Assembly: GCA_902766965.1 (NCBI GenBank)
Contig: CACXFJ010000025.1
Location: forward strand, 1 to 37,221
Reading direction: 5' to 3'
Length of the DNA: 37,221 nt
Source of the DNA: an uncultured Eubacteriales bacterium
GTDB taxonomy: Bacteria > Bacillota > Clostridia > Christensenellales > DTU072
This document shows positions 27,295 through 35,092 of the stretch, piece after piece. The notes below the pieces were generated by a model that saw nothing but the letters and a program-made list of their open reading frames with translations, ran no database searches and had not been told where the DNA came from. Each line of letters begins with the position of its first letter. Position 1 is the first letter of the stretch. The position numbers were made by a program, and so were the translations under genes.

Positions 27295-27726
27295 TTATAT
27301 CTTCAAGGTGTTTACGACTTCGGTCATGTCGATATTATCCAACGAGTATCTTGCGTCGTATACTTCTTCGCTCCATATTTCTATTCTGTCCATAACTCCG
27401 AGAAAGACCATTTTTTTTGAAATCTTAGCGACGGCTTTCAATTTCGGTTGAAGAATAAATCTCCCCTGTGCGTCGATTTCGGGGACTTGCACGGTAGAAC
27501 TCAATTTACGGAGAGCTTCTTGCTTTTCTTTTTCATTGAGGAGCAGGTCTTGACTTATTTCATAATATTTTTCTTGAAAATCTTTCATGGGGACGACGAA
27601 TAAGCAATCGTTGGTTCCGGCGTAAACGACGAAATCCTTACCGAGTTTTTCAAACATTTTCATCGGTATTCTCATTCTGCCTTTGTCGTCTAACGATAAC
27701 CTTTGTTCGCCCGTACAGAAAAACAT
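27295..27726 (-). CDS. mraZ: division/cell wall cluster transcriptional regulator MraZ
   Basis: 143 aa from the ATG at 27726-27724 (GAGGAG SD). MFFCTGEQRLSLDDKGRMRIP and a second DAQGRFILP repeat give the two SpoVT-AbrB-like halves of MraZ. The track start at 27807 runs through the promoter. Confidence 0.9.
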   Translation of the reverse strand: MFFCTGEQRLSLDDKGRMRIPMKMFEKLGKDFVVYAGTNDCLFVVPMKDFQEKYYEISQDLLLNEKEKQEALRKLSSTVQVPEIDAQGRFILQPKLKAVAKISKKMVFLGVMDRIEIWSEEVYDARYSLDNIDMTEVVNTLKI

Positions 27727-27756
27727 TACTTCACTCCTCTTTTTTATCGTAGTTAT

Positions 27757-27785
27757 ACTATAACACACTACCATTCCATTTGCAA
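27757..27785 (-). promoter_or_regulatory. dcw (mraZ) promoter: TTGCAA (27785-27780), 17 nt, TGtTATAGT (extended -10, hexamer 27762-27757)
   Basis: Read on the minus strand: TTGCAAatggaatggtagtgtgtTATAGT. It lies ~30 nt upstream of the mraZ ATG. Confidence 0.6.
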
Positions 27786-27799
27786 CCATTTTTTTCCAC
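27771..27799 (-). promoter_or_regulatory. candidate MraZ operator: direct (G/A)TGG(A/T) repeats with 10-bp periodicity
   Basis: Minus strand: GTGGAaaaaaATGGTtgcaaATGGAATGGT. TGG cores lie at 27798-27796, 27788-27786 and 27778-27776 (exactly 10 bp apart), with a fourth at 27773-27771. They straddle the -35 hexamer. Confidence 0.45.
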
Positions 27800-27944
27800 G
27801 TAATCAAAAAAATTTTATTTATTTTTTATTGATTATAAAAATAAGCCGTTTTTTGCTACTTTTCTCTGCTTTTTATAACTAAAATGCGTGGATGTTAATC
27901 CCTGTCCTAAATGGGTTCGGATAAAAAAATGTAGTGACCGCAAC

Positions 27945-27969
27945 AAAAAAGCGACCGATAATCGGTCGC
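27945..27969 (-). terminator. intrinsic terminator after the metallophosphoesterase gene
   Basis: Inverted repeat GCGACCGAT (27951-27959) / ATCGGTCGC (27961-27969). On the minus strand it is followed by UUUUUU (27950-27945). Confidence 0.8.
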
Positions 27970-27996
27970 TTAAAAACTAAAAACAACTTAAACTGC

Positions 27997-28695
27997 TTAA
28001 TCGTCGTACAAAAGAATCGGTTTGAAATTAAGAAAATCACAGCTCGTCAGGACGTATTCTATACCGTTTTTATTAACGACGGCGTTGGCTCGCGACACGT
28101 TGCCGTGTAGATGCCCGTACACTACTTTGTCCACGCGGTAATTTTTGATTAAGTCGGTAAAAGGCGAATCGTCGAAACGAGAATTAAAGGGCGGATAGTG
28201 GGTCATAAGGACGATTTTTTTGTCGTCGGAAATCGCCGTCGCGGCGTCCAAAGTAAGTTTGAGCCTGATAAGTTCTCTGTCGAATATTTTTTTATCGTCG
28301 GATTCCGTATCCCCCTCTTCGGGTACCGTCCATCCGCGCGTTCCGCAAAAAACGTAATCGCCCGATGCGATAGCGTTGTTCTGAATGAATTTTATGCTGC
28401 CTAAACCGAGAGCGTTGATTTTCGCGTAGCTCGACCACCAGTAATCGTGATTGCCTCGGATAATGAATTTAGTCCCCGGCAAAGCGTCCACCTCTTGCAA
28501 ATCGGCGAGAGCCTGCGGAATATTCATTCCCCACGAGGTATCGCCGGCGGACAAAACCACGTCGTCGTCGGTAATTCGTTCGAGCCAACCGGAGCGGATT
28601 TTATCCCAGTGTCCTATCCAGTTGCTTCCGAAAATATCCATCGGCTTGTCTGTAGCCGACGAAAGATGCAAGTCGCTTATCGCAAAAACTCTCAT
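27997..28695 (-). CDS. calcineurin-like metallophosphoesterase family protein
   Basis: 232 aa from the ATG at 28695-28693. MRVFAISDLHLS, GDTSW, GNHDYWW, THYPP and GHLHG are the metallophosphoesterase motif set. The track start (TTG at 28830) adds 45 implausible residues and runs through a good promoter. Confidence 0.85.
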   Translation of the reverse strand: MRVFAISDLHLSSATDKPMDIFGSNWIGHWDKIRSGWLERITDDDVVLSAGDTSWGMNIPQALADLQEVDALPGTKFIIRGNHDYWWSSYAKINALGLGSIKFIQNNAIASGDYVFCGTRGWTVPEEGDTESDDKKIFDRELIRLKLTLDAATAISDDKKIVLMTHYPPFNSRFDDSPFTDLIKNYRVDKVVYGHLHGNVSRANAVVNKNGIEYVLTSCDFLNFKPILLYDD

Positions 28696-28701
28696 ATAAA
28701 A

Positions 28702-28730
28702 AATATACCATATTTTGTTCGTTCTGACAA
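28702..28730 (-). promoter_or_regulatory. candidate promoter TTGTCA (28730-28725), 17 nt, TGgTATATT (hexamer 28707-28702), 6 nt, ATG
   Basis: Minus strand: TTGTCAgaacgaacaaaatatggTATATTttttatATG. There is no SD. Confidence 0.5.
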
Positions 28731-28947
28731 TTACTAATACAAAAAAGACTTTATGAGTGGTCAGATTGCGTTTATTTTTTGTGAAAGCAAGGCGTAGGCG
28801 TACTGCGTACGGTAGAGGATGCTTTCGCAAAAGCCGTAAAAAACTATAATTTATTATCCGTTTTTATTCGTATCGACTAAATCCTTTTTTGCAAATTTAG
28901 AAACGCTTGTTTTTTGCGGTGTAAAGAAACGTGATATGAACGCTCAT

Positions 28948-28976
28948 AATAAAAAGACAGGCTCTTGCGAGCCTGT
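28948..28976 (-). terminator. intrinsic terminator after the Cys-rich protein gene
   Basis: ACAGGCTC (28957-28964) / ttgc / GAGCCTGT (28969-28976). On the minus strand the hairpin is followed by CUUUUUAUUAU. Confidence 0.8.
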
Positions 28977-29002
28977 AATCTTTTCTTTTGTTTTTATTTT
29001 GC

Positions 29003-29605
29003 TTAGCGTGGGAACACGGGTGCGCTGAACACGCCTGAGCAAACGTCTTGCGTATATTCCTGGCAAGGCGGTAAAATCGGATAACCGTACGTCGGTATTA
29101 CCAGTATTACGTCCGCCACGACTTTTGTAATAATGGTGACACAAGCATTAGTTGTTACTTCAGTACCCGAAACAAGCGAGTTCTGTAAGCCTACAATAAC
29201 GACAGTCGATTCTACTCTCGGAGCGATTACTCCGTCGGTAGGCACTTTCAATACGATGTCCTGAGCGAACGTCATTGAAGATGTACCGGTGATTTGTGAT
29301 CCCGCTGAATTTGTTGCTACAACCGTAACAGGAACGGTGAGTGTTAAGCTGACTCTCGAACAGGCGCTGCCTGCGAGAGGCGTAACGTTTAAGTCGCTTA
29401 TTACGGCGTCGCCGGAGCTTTGTACACCGGTCACGGTATAACCCGTAGTATCGCCAGTAAACGTGACGTTAAGCGTAGTGCTTATACTCCGTTGTTGCAT
29501 ACAGGCGTCGAAGACTTTTTTGACCTCTATGCAAGTTTTTTCGCTCGTGTTATTGTTGGTACAACATATTGCGGGAGAAGTATAGTTTTTATTGTTACAA
29601 GCCAT
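29003..29605 (-). CDS. hypothetical Cys-rich, Thr/Val/Ser-rich protein (family not recognised)
   Basis: 200 aa from the ATG at 29605-29603 (GGAG SD 7 nt upstream). The track start at 29689 would overlap engB. The N-terminus MACNNKNYTSPAICCTNNNTSEKTCIEVKKVFDAC carries C3, C14, C15, C25 and C35. The remainder is predicted beta-rich (TLNVTFTGDTTGYTVTGV..., SLTLTVPVTVVATN...). There is no signal peptide or TM helix. Confidence 0.7.
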   Translation of the reverse strand: MACNNKNYTSPAICCTNNNTSEKTCIEVKKVFDACMQQRSISTTLNVTFTGDTTGYTVTGVQSSGDAVISDLNVTPLAGSACSRVSLTLTVPVTVVATNSAGSQITGTSSMTFAQDIVLKVPTDGVIAPRVESTVVIVGLQNSLVSGTEVTTNACVTIITKVVADVILVIPTYGYPILPPCQEYTQDVCSGVFSAPVFPR

Positions 29606-29663
29606 ATCGTATCTCCCTTTTTTATATCTAATACATCTTATGACTTGTAACCGTCTTATGTTC

Positions 29664-30278
29664 TTATTCCTCCGATTTTTCCTCCGCAACCGGTTCGTAA
29701 CTCAATATCTCGTCTATCCGCTTAAAAATAGCTTCGCCGCCCGTTTTGTCGAGAGAAGAACATACTATGACGTTGTCCACGCCTACCCCTATGTAATCGG
29801 CGATTTCTTTCTTCCTTTTCATTCCGGCGCTACGGCTCAACTTATCGGCTTTGGTCGCGATTATCGTAAAGGGTATGCGATAAAAATAAAGATACTTAAA
29901 CATTTGCATATCGTCGGCGGTCGGGTCGTGTCGTATGTCGACGAGTACGAAAACGTTTTTTAATCTTTCGGAATTGCGAAAATATCCTTCGATAAGGTTG
30001 CCCCATTTCTGCTTTTCGGCGTCGCTCACTCTCGCGAAACCGTACCCCGGCAAATCGACAAGGTAGTATTCGCCTTTATTTATCGAAAAATAATTAAGCA
30101 ACCGCGTTCTGCCCGGTTCTTTGGAAGTTTTCGCAAGTTTTTTGTTGTTGCAAATGAAGTTAATAAACGACGATTTACCCACGTTCGACTTGCCCGCCAC
30201 GGCTATCTCCGGCGCGCCCGTATCCTTAAACTGCGTAGCATTTCCTACGCTTGTCACGAATTCTGCATTCTTAATCAT
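29664..30278 (-). CDS. engB: ribosome biogenesis GTP-binding protein EngB/YsxC (YihA)
   Basis: 204 aa. G1 GKSNVGKSSFIN, G3 DLPGYG, G4 TKADK. Sits in the conserved position downstream of clpX. Confidence 0.93.
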   Translation of the reverse strand: MIKNAEFVTSVGNATQFKDTGAPEIAVAGKSNVGKSSFINFICNNKKLAKTSKEPGRTRLLNYFSINKGEYYLVDLPGYGFARVSDAEKQKWGNLIEGYFRNSERLKNVFVLVDIRHDPTADDMQMFKYLYFYRIPFTIIATKADKLSRSAGMKRKKEIADYIGVGVDNVIVCSSLDKTGGEAIFKRIDEILSYEPVAEEKSEE

Positions 30279-30295
30279 ATTATCCTTATAAGAAA

Positions 30296-30320
30296 GCGCC
30301 CCGTGAAAATCGCGGGGTGC
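30296..30320 (-). terminator. GC-rich hairpin between clpX and engB (probable partial terminator)
   Basis: Minus-strand RNA: GCACCCCG/cgauuuuca/CGGGGCGC with one A-C mismatch, followed by UUUCUUAU. It ends 17 nt before the engB ATG. Confidence 0.5.
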
Positions 30321-30336
30321 TTCGATGTTTTTGCGT

Positions 30337-31602
30337 TTACGCTATCTCTTTTGCTTTTCGTATAACGTTCGGACTTGCGTTCTTGGTGACGCAGTCTTCT
30401 CCTACGATAACTTTTTCCACGTTCTTATCGGAAGGAATATCGTACATAATATCGAGCATAATCTTTTCGACTATCGACCTGAGTCTGCGCGCGCCCGTCT
30501 TCAACTTTATAGAACGTTGCGCAATGGCTCTCAACGCGCCGTCGGTGAATTCCAAATCGACGTCGTTAAGTCTGAGCATTTTTTTATACTGCTTGACAAG
30601 ACTGTTCTTCGGTTCTGTAAGGATACGAACCAAATCGTCTTCGGTCAAAGGGTCGAGAGCCGCGACGATAGGCATTCTTCCCACGAATTCGGGGATTAAA
30701 CCGTATTTAATAAGGTCGTCGGGCTGCAACTCGTGGATATTCTCGCTATAAGCGTTTTCTCTGTCTTTCAGCACGCCGCCGAAACCTAACGAGGAATTGT
30801 CTTTACGCTTGTCGACTACCTTTTCCAAACCTACGAAAGCTCCGCCGCAAATAAACAGAATATTAGTGGTATCGATAGGAATACATTCTTCCTGCGGATG
30901 CTTTCTGCCGCCGTGCGGAGGCACGTTTGCTACGGTGGATTCGATAATTTTCAGCAAGGCTTGCTGTACGCCTTCTCCGCTTACGTCGCGGGTTATGCTC
31001 ACGTTTTCGGTTTTGCGACAGATTTTATCGATTTCGTCGATATACACTATACCCTTCTCCGCTTTCTTTACGTCGCCGTCGGCGGCTTGAATAAGTTTTA
31101 ACAATATATTCTCCACGTCTTCGCCTACGTATCCCGCTTCGGTCAAAGTGGTAGCGTCGGCTACGCAAAACGGCACGTTAAGAATTTCGGCAAGAGTTTT
31201 TGCGAGCAAGGTTTTTCCGCTGCCCGTAGGTCCGAGCATAAGCACGTTGCTCTTTTCGAGTTTTACGTCGTTCTTGTCCTGATGAGAATTATCTCTTATT
31301 CTCTTATAGTGATTGTATACGGCTACCGACAAGATTTTTTTCGCGCTGTCCTGCCCTATTATGCTCTCGTCGAGTTTCGCTTTAATATCTTTCGGTGTCG
31401 GCAAATCGGCTGACTGTTCCGCTACGGTTTCTTCCGCAGGCACGCCCGAATCGTTCAATTCGTCAAGAACTTCTCCCGCGCGTTTTACGCAAAGATTGCA
31501 GATAGCCACGCCTTGCGGACCGGATATAAGAGTGACCCCGTCTTCGGCACCTCTGCCGCAAAATATGCATTTGTTGCTGTCTACGTCAATAGTGTTTATC
31601 AT
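30337..31602 (-). CDS. clpX: ATP-dependent Clp protease ATP-binding subunit ClpX
   Basis: 421 aa. N-terminal C4 zinc-binding domain (CIFCG...CNLC), Walker [31 protein letters not shown]. Confidence 0.97.
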   Translation of the reverse strand: MINTIDVDSNKCIFCGRGAEDGVTLISGPQGVAICNLCVKRAGEVLDELNDSGVPAEETVAEQSADLPTPKDIKAKLDESIIGQDSAKKILSVAVYNHYKRIRDNSHQDKNDVKLEKSNVLMLGPTGSGKTLLAKTLAEILNVPFCVADATTLTEAGYVGEDVENILLKLIQAADGDVKKAEKGIVYIDEIDKICRKTENVSITRDVSGEGVQQALLKIIESTVANVPPHGGRKHPQEECIPIDTTNILFICGGAFVGLEKVVDKRKDNSSLGFGGVLKDRENAYSENIHELQPDDLIKYGLIPEFVGRMPIVAALDPLTEDDLVRILTEPKNSLVKQYKKMLRLNDVDLEFTDGALRAIAQRSIKLKTGARRLRSIVEKIMLDIMYDIPSDKNVEKVIVGEDCVTKNASPNVIRKAKEIA

Positions 31603-31606
31603 TCAA

Positions 31607-32191
31607 TTACTCCTTACGCGTCTTAAATACTTTATCTATAAGACCGTATTCGCACGCTTCTTCCGCGTCCATATAAAAATCTCTTTCCACGTCGCGAGCT
31701 ATCTTTTCGAGAGGCTGGTTAGTGTTTTCCGAAAGGATTTGGTTGAGTTTTGCACGTGTTTTCAAAATATTTTCCGCTACGATGGCTATTTCGCTCGCCT
31801 GCCCCTGTACTCCGCCGCTGGGCTGGTGAATCATAATTTCGCTGTTCGGCAAGGCGTAGCGTTTGCCTTTCGTGCCGGAACTCAGAAGGAAAGCTCCCAT
31901 GCTTGCCGCAAGACCTATGCAAATCGTGCTGACGTCGCATTTTATATAGTTCATCGTGTCGAATATCGCCATACCCGCGGTAACCGAACCGCCGGGACTG
32001 TTAATATAAAGGCTTATATCTTTGGACGGATCTTTCGTTTCGAGATAAAGCATTTGCGCCACGATACTGCTGGCTACCTGATCGTTCACTTCGCCGCTCA
32101 AAAAGATAATTCTGTCTTCGAGCAAACGACTGTAAAGATCGTAAGTACGTTCTCCGCGGGCGTCTTTTTCTATTACGTAAGGTAAGGTCAT
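31607..32191 (-). CDS. clpP: ATP-dependent Clp protease proteolytic subunit ClpP
   Basis: 194 aa. [15 protein letters not shown], active-site [30 protein letters not shown]. Confidence 0.97.
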   Translation of the reverse strand: MTLPYVIEKDARGERTYDLYSRLLEDRIIFLSGEVNDQVASSIVAQMLYLETKDPSKDISLYINSPGGSVTAGMAIFDTMNYIKCDVSTICIGLAASMGAFLLSSGTKGKRYALPNSEIMIHQPSGGVQGQASEIAIVAENILKTRAKLNQILSENTNQPLEKIARDVERDFYMDAEEACEYGLIDKVFKTRKE

Positions 32192-32238
32192 ATACTCCTC
32201 CTGATTTCCGTATTTATTGTTTATCCTTATTATAATGA

Positions 32239-33492
32239 TTATTTTATTTCATTGTTATCCTTAAGGAATGCAAATAATTTGTCGATAACGAGTTTATTTG
32301 CGAGATAACTCATATACTGGGGGTTCTTTTCCTTCTCGTCGAGCTTATCGAATTCGGCGTTGAGTTCTTCCGGGGTGACTTCGATTTTTTCTTCTTTAAG
32401 AATAGCTTCGATTACGAGACGGCTCTTAATGTTCTTGACCGCTTCTTCGCGTTTTTCTTTCTTAATATCTTCGATGGTGGTACCGGTGTATTTAAGATAG
32501 TCTTCGAATTTAAGTCCGTACTGCGACATACTGTGTTCGAGTTCCTGAATTCTGTAATCGAGTTCTTCTTCTATCATACATTCGGGGATTTCGATTTCGG
32601 TATTCTTCACGATAGCGTCTATCATATCGTTTTCGAGCTTCGCTTCGGCGTTCTCTTCTTTCTTGGGCGCGAGTTCTTTTTTAATCTGCGCTTTCCATTC
32701 GGCGACGGTGTTGAGTTCGTCGTCGATATCTTTTACGAATTCGTCGTCGAGCACGGGAAGTTCTTTGCTGTGTATTTCGTGAACGGTAATCGCGAATACG
32801 GCTTCCTTACCCGCCAAATCCTCGGTGTAATCTTTCGGGAAAGTCACGGTAATATCCTTGCTTTCGCCCGCTTTCATACCGATAAGCTGATCTTCGAATC
32901 CGGGGATAAAAGCTCCGCTACCGATTTCGAGACGCTGTTTTTCGGCGGTACCGCCTTCGAATTTAACTCCGTCGATGCTTCCGCTGTAATCGAGTACGAC
33001 GGTGTCGCCCTTTACTACTTCGCCTTCGGTCTTTTCGACAAGTCTGGCGCGATTATTGAGTTCTCTGTCAATAACAGCCTGAACCTCTTTTGCGGTCACT
33101 TTAGTGCTTTCTTTTTTGAAAGTAAGTCCTTTATATTGTCCGAGAGTGAATTCGGGTTTTACCGCGACGGTGATTACCGCTTTAAGTCCGTCTTCGCTCA
33201 CCTCTTTAAGATCTACGTCGGGATCGCCTACCACTTCGAGATTATCGTTCTTGATAATTTCGGAATAGTGCTTGGACAAAGTTTCGTCGAGAGCGTCTTC
33301 GTAAAGGAATTCTTTTCCGAAACGGTTAATAAGTACGTTCATAGGAACTTTACCTTTTCTGAAACCTTCGAGAGAATATTTATATTTATTCTTCTCATAA
33401 GCCTGCTTCACGTCTTCCGCCCATTCTTCTTTGGTCACGTTAATAGCAATTTCCACTTTGGACTTGCTGAGTTTTTGAATTGAGTATTCCAT
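32239..33492 (-). CDS. tig: trigger factor (peptidyl-prolyl isomerase chaperone)
   Basis: 417 aa. Ribosome-binding signature GFRKGKVP, a central FKBP-like domain, an acidic C-terminal arm, and the tig-clpP-clpX gene order. Confidence 0.95.
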   Translation of the reverse strand: MEYSIQKLSKSKVEIAINVTKEEWAEDVKQAYEKNKYKYSLEGFRKGKVPMNVLINRFGKEFLYEDALDETLSKHYSEIIKNDNLEVVGDPDVDLKEVSEDGLKAVITVAVKPEFTLGQYKGLTFKKESTKVTAKEVQAVIDRELNNRARLVEKTEGEVVKGDTVVLDYSGSIDGVKFEGGTAEKQRLEIGSGAFIPGFEDQLIGMKAGESKDITVTFPKDYTEDLAGKEAVFAITVHEIHSKELPVLDDEFVKDIDDELNTVAEWKAQIKKELAPKKEENAEAKLENDMIDAIVKNTEIEIPECMIEEELDYRIQELEHSMSQYGLKFEDYLKYTGTTIEDIKKEKREEAVKNIKSRLVIEAILKEEKIEVTPEELNAEFDKLDEKEKNPQYMSYLANKLVIDKLFAFLKDNNEIK

Positions 33493-33614
33493 TTATATTA
33501 CCTCCGTGTGTTTTCCGTTTATTGTGTTTTTTCGTTCGTTTATTATATTCAAGCGTCGGATTTGCCGCGACAAACCGCAACGCTACCTCATTTAGGCTCT
33601 TTACCTAATGTAGT

Positions 33615-33643
33615 ATGATACCATATAAAAAGTCGTTTTGCAA
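33615..33643 (-). promoter_or_regulatory. candidate tig promoter TTGCAA (33643-33638), 17 nt, TGgTATCAT (hexamer 33620-33615)
   Basis: Minus strand: TTGCAAaacgactttttatatggTATCAT. It implies a ~115-nt 5' leader before the tig ATG (33492). Confidence 0.45.
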
Positions 33644-33655
33644 TTTTTTAGACGA

Positions 33656-35092
33656 TTATATATTGTTTTCGGCGGGCGTTTCCGTCTGCGACGGCATTTT
33701 TTTCTCAGCCGAAGCCTTGTGGTCGAAGTTTTGGTCTCCGCTTTCGCCGAAAGCCATTACGTCGCCCTGCAAATTAAACCTTATCTGCCCGCATTCTCCG
33801 TTTCTGTGTTTAGCTATCGTAAGAATAATCGGCGAGTGATTTCTGTCTTCTTCGATTTCTCTCGACAAAAACAATACTATATCGGCGTCCTGTTCTATCG
33901 CGCCCGATTCTCTGAGGTCGCTCAGCTGAACCGTCTTTTCTTTTCTTTGTTCCACGCTACGGGACATCTGACTCAGCAAAATGACGGGGCAATTCAGTTC
34001 CCTCGACATAACTTTCATCATACGGCTCATATTGGCTACTTCCTGCTGACGGTTCACTTCGCCGCCCTTTGAAGAAGTTCCGCTCGTCATGAGCTGTAAA
34101 TAGTCGATTACTATAAGGTCTACGCGACCGTTATTGTGTTCGGCTCCGAGTCTTCTGCATTGGCTTATGATTTCCGCCGGGGTGACTATCGAGCTGTCGT
34201 TTATGTACACTTTAGAATTGGACAGCTTTTGCGTTACTTTCCAAAGTCTCGTGTCGCCGTCGCCTTTAAGCTGCGCCGTCTTTACGTCGTCCATAGGAAC
34301 GCCGCCTATATTGCACATCATTCTCTGCGCGAGCTGCATAGCGGGCATTTCCAAAGAAAAAATAGCTATACATTTGTTTTCGTCTTGTTTTCTGTTGACG
34401 ATATTGGCTACGATGTTAAGCGCGAACGCCGTTTTACCGACGGAAGGACGAGCCGCCAGAATGATAAGGTCGCCGTTTTGTAATCCGCCCGTAATTTTAT
34501 CGTAAGTTCTGAAACCGGTGGAAATACCGCGGAAAGCGTTTTTGTCCTTTTTGAGTTTTTCGATACGCTCCATAACTTCAATGGTCGCCTTACTGACGTG
34601 AGTAAGTTCGTTGTGGCTCATATCTTTGGATATGTCGTAAATCACCTTTTCGGCGTAACGCACTACTTCGTCGGCGTCGGTGCTGTCGTAAGCCTTTTCT
34701 ATGATGCTGTTGCAGCTCGTAATAACGGTACGCAAAACCATATCTCTGTAAATAAGTTTCGAATACTGTTGATAATTCGCTCCCGACGGCAGCAAAGTAT
34801 TGAGCGTGGTGAGGTAAGTAAGCGTGTTTTCGTCCGCCGTCCCCGACTTCTCCATATAGTCGTAAACGGTGATTATGTCTATCGGCGTATCGCTGTTAAA
34901 AAGCGCGCACATCGCGTCGTAAATCTTTCTGTTTTTCAAATTATAAAAACATTCCGATTCCAGTTTCCCGACGAGATTGCGGACGGCGTTGCCGTCTATT
35001 AACAAACAGCACAAAACCGACTGTTCCGCTTCGAAATTGTTCGGAAAAACTTTAAGTTTTTTTCCGTCGTTTGCTACGGGTTTATCTGCCAT
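33656..35092 (-). CDS. dnaB: replicative DNA helicase (DnaB family; DnaC in Bacillus nomenclature)
   Basis: 478 aa. PNNFEAEQSVLCCLL N-terminal domain, Walker A ARPSVGKTAFALN, LIVIDYLQLM, LSQMSRSVEQR. Strong AAGGAGGG SD. The ATG lies inside the last codons of the upstream ORF. Confidence 0.95.
   Translation of the reverse strand: MADKPVANDGKKLKVFPNNFEAEQSVLCCLLIDGNAVRNLVGKLESECFYNLKNRKIYDAMCALFNSDTPIDIITVYDYMEKSGTADENTLTYLTTLNTLLPSGANYQQYSKLIYRDMVLRTVITSCNSIIEKAYDSTDADEVVRYAEKVIYDISKDMSHNELTHVSKATIEVMERIEKLKKDKNAFRGISTGFRTYDKITGGLQNGDLIILAARPSVGKTAFALNIVANIVNRKQDENKCIAIFSLEMPAMQLAQRMMCNIGGVPMDDVKTAQLKGDGDTRLWKVTQKLSNSKVYINDSSIVTPAEIISQCRRLGAEHNNGRVDLIVIDYLQLMTSGTSSKGGEVNRQQEVANMSRMMKVMSRELNCPVILLSQMSRSVEQRKEKTVQLSDLRESGAIEQDADIVLFLSREIEEDRNHSPIILTIAKHRNGECGQIRFNLQGDVMAFGESGDQNFDHKASAEKKMPSQTETPAENNI

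Noticed and set aside
27727-27807. N-terminal extension of mraZ in the ORF track. The same issue applies to sigK 10366-10431, sigG 12970-13026 and the Cys-rich ORF 29606-29689.
   Set aside because: In each case the extension runs through a promoter/SD or overlaps the upstream gene. The conserved family N-terminus starts at an internal ATG with a good SD.
28936-29025. 29-aa plus-strand ORF (MNAHNKKTGSCEPVIFSFVFILLSVGTRVR)
   Set aside because: It has no SD, reads through the terminator hairpin, and overlaps the 3' end of the convergent Cys-rich gene. It is most likely chance.
31313-32185. 290-aa plus-strand ORF antisense to the clpX 5' end and clpP
   Set aside because: It is a shadow ORF spanning two well-supported minus-strand genes, with no start context or protein-like motifs.
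32192-32300. CtsR operator (GGTCAAA direct repeat) upstream of clpP
   Set aside because: I looked for GGTCAAA/TTTGACC on both strands in the tig-clpP spacer and the tig 3' end and found none.
32533-33483. 316-aa plus-strand ORF antisense to tig
   Set aside because: It lies entirely inside a confidently identified gene. Its Phe-rich, low-complexity translation is the expected mirror of Glu/Lys-rich tig codons. It has no SD and no recognisable domain.
33493-33655. Riboswitch, T-box or small ORF in the ~115-nt tig leader
   Set aside because: It contains only short hairpins (for example TTAGG/CCTAA). I recognised no conserved riboswitch core or specifier/T-box sequence, and the only ATG is followed two codons later by a stop.
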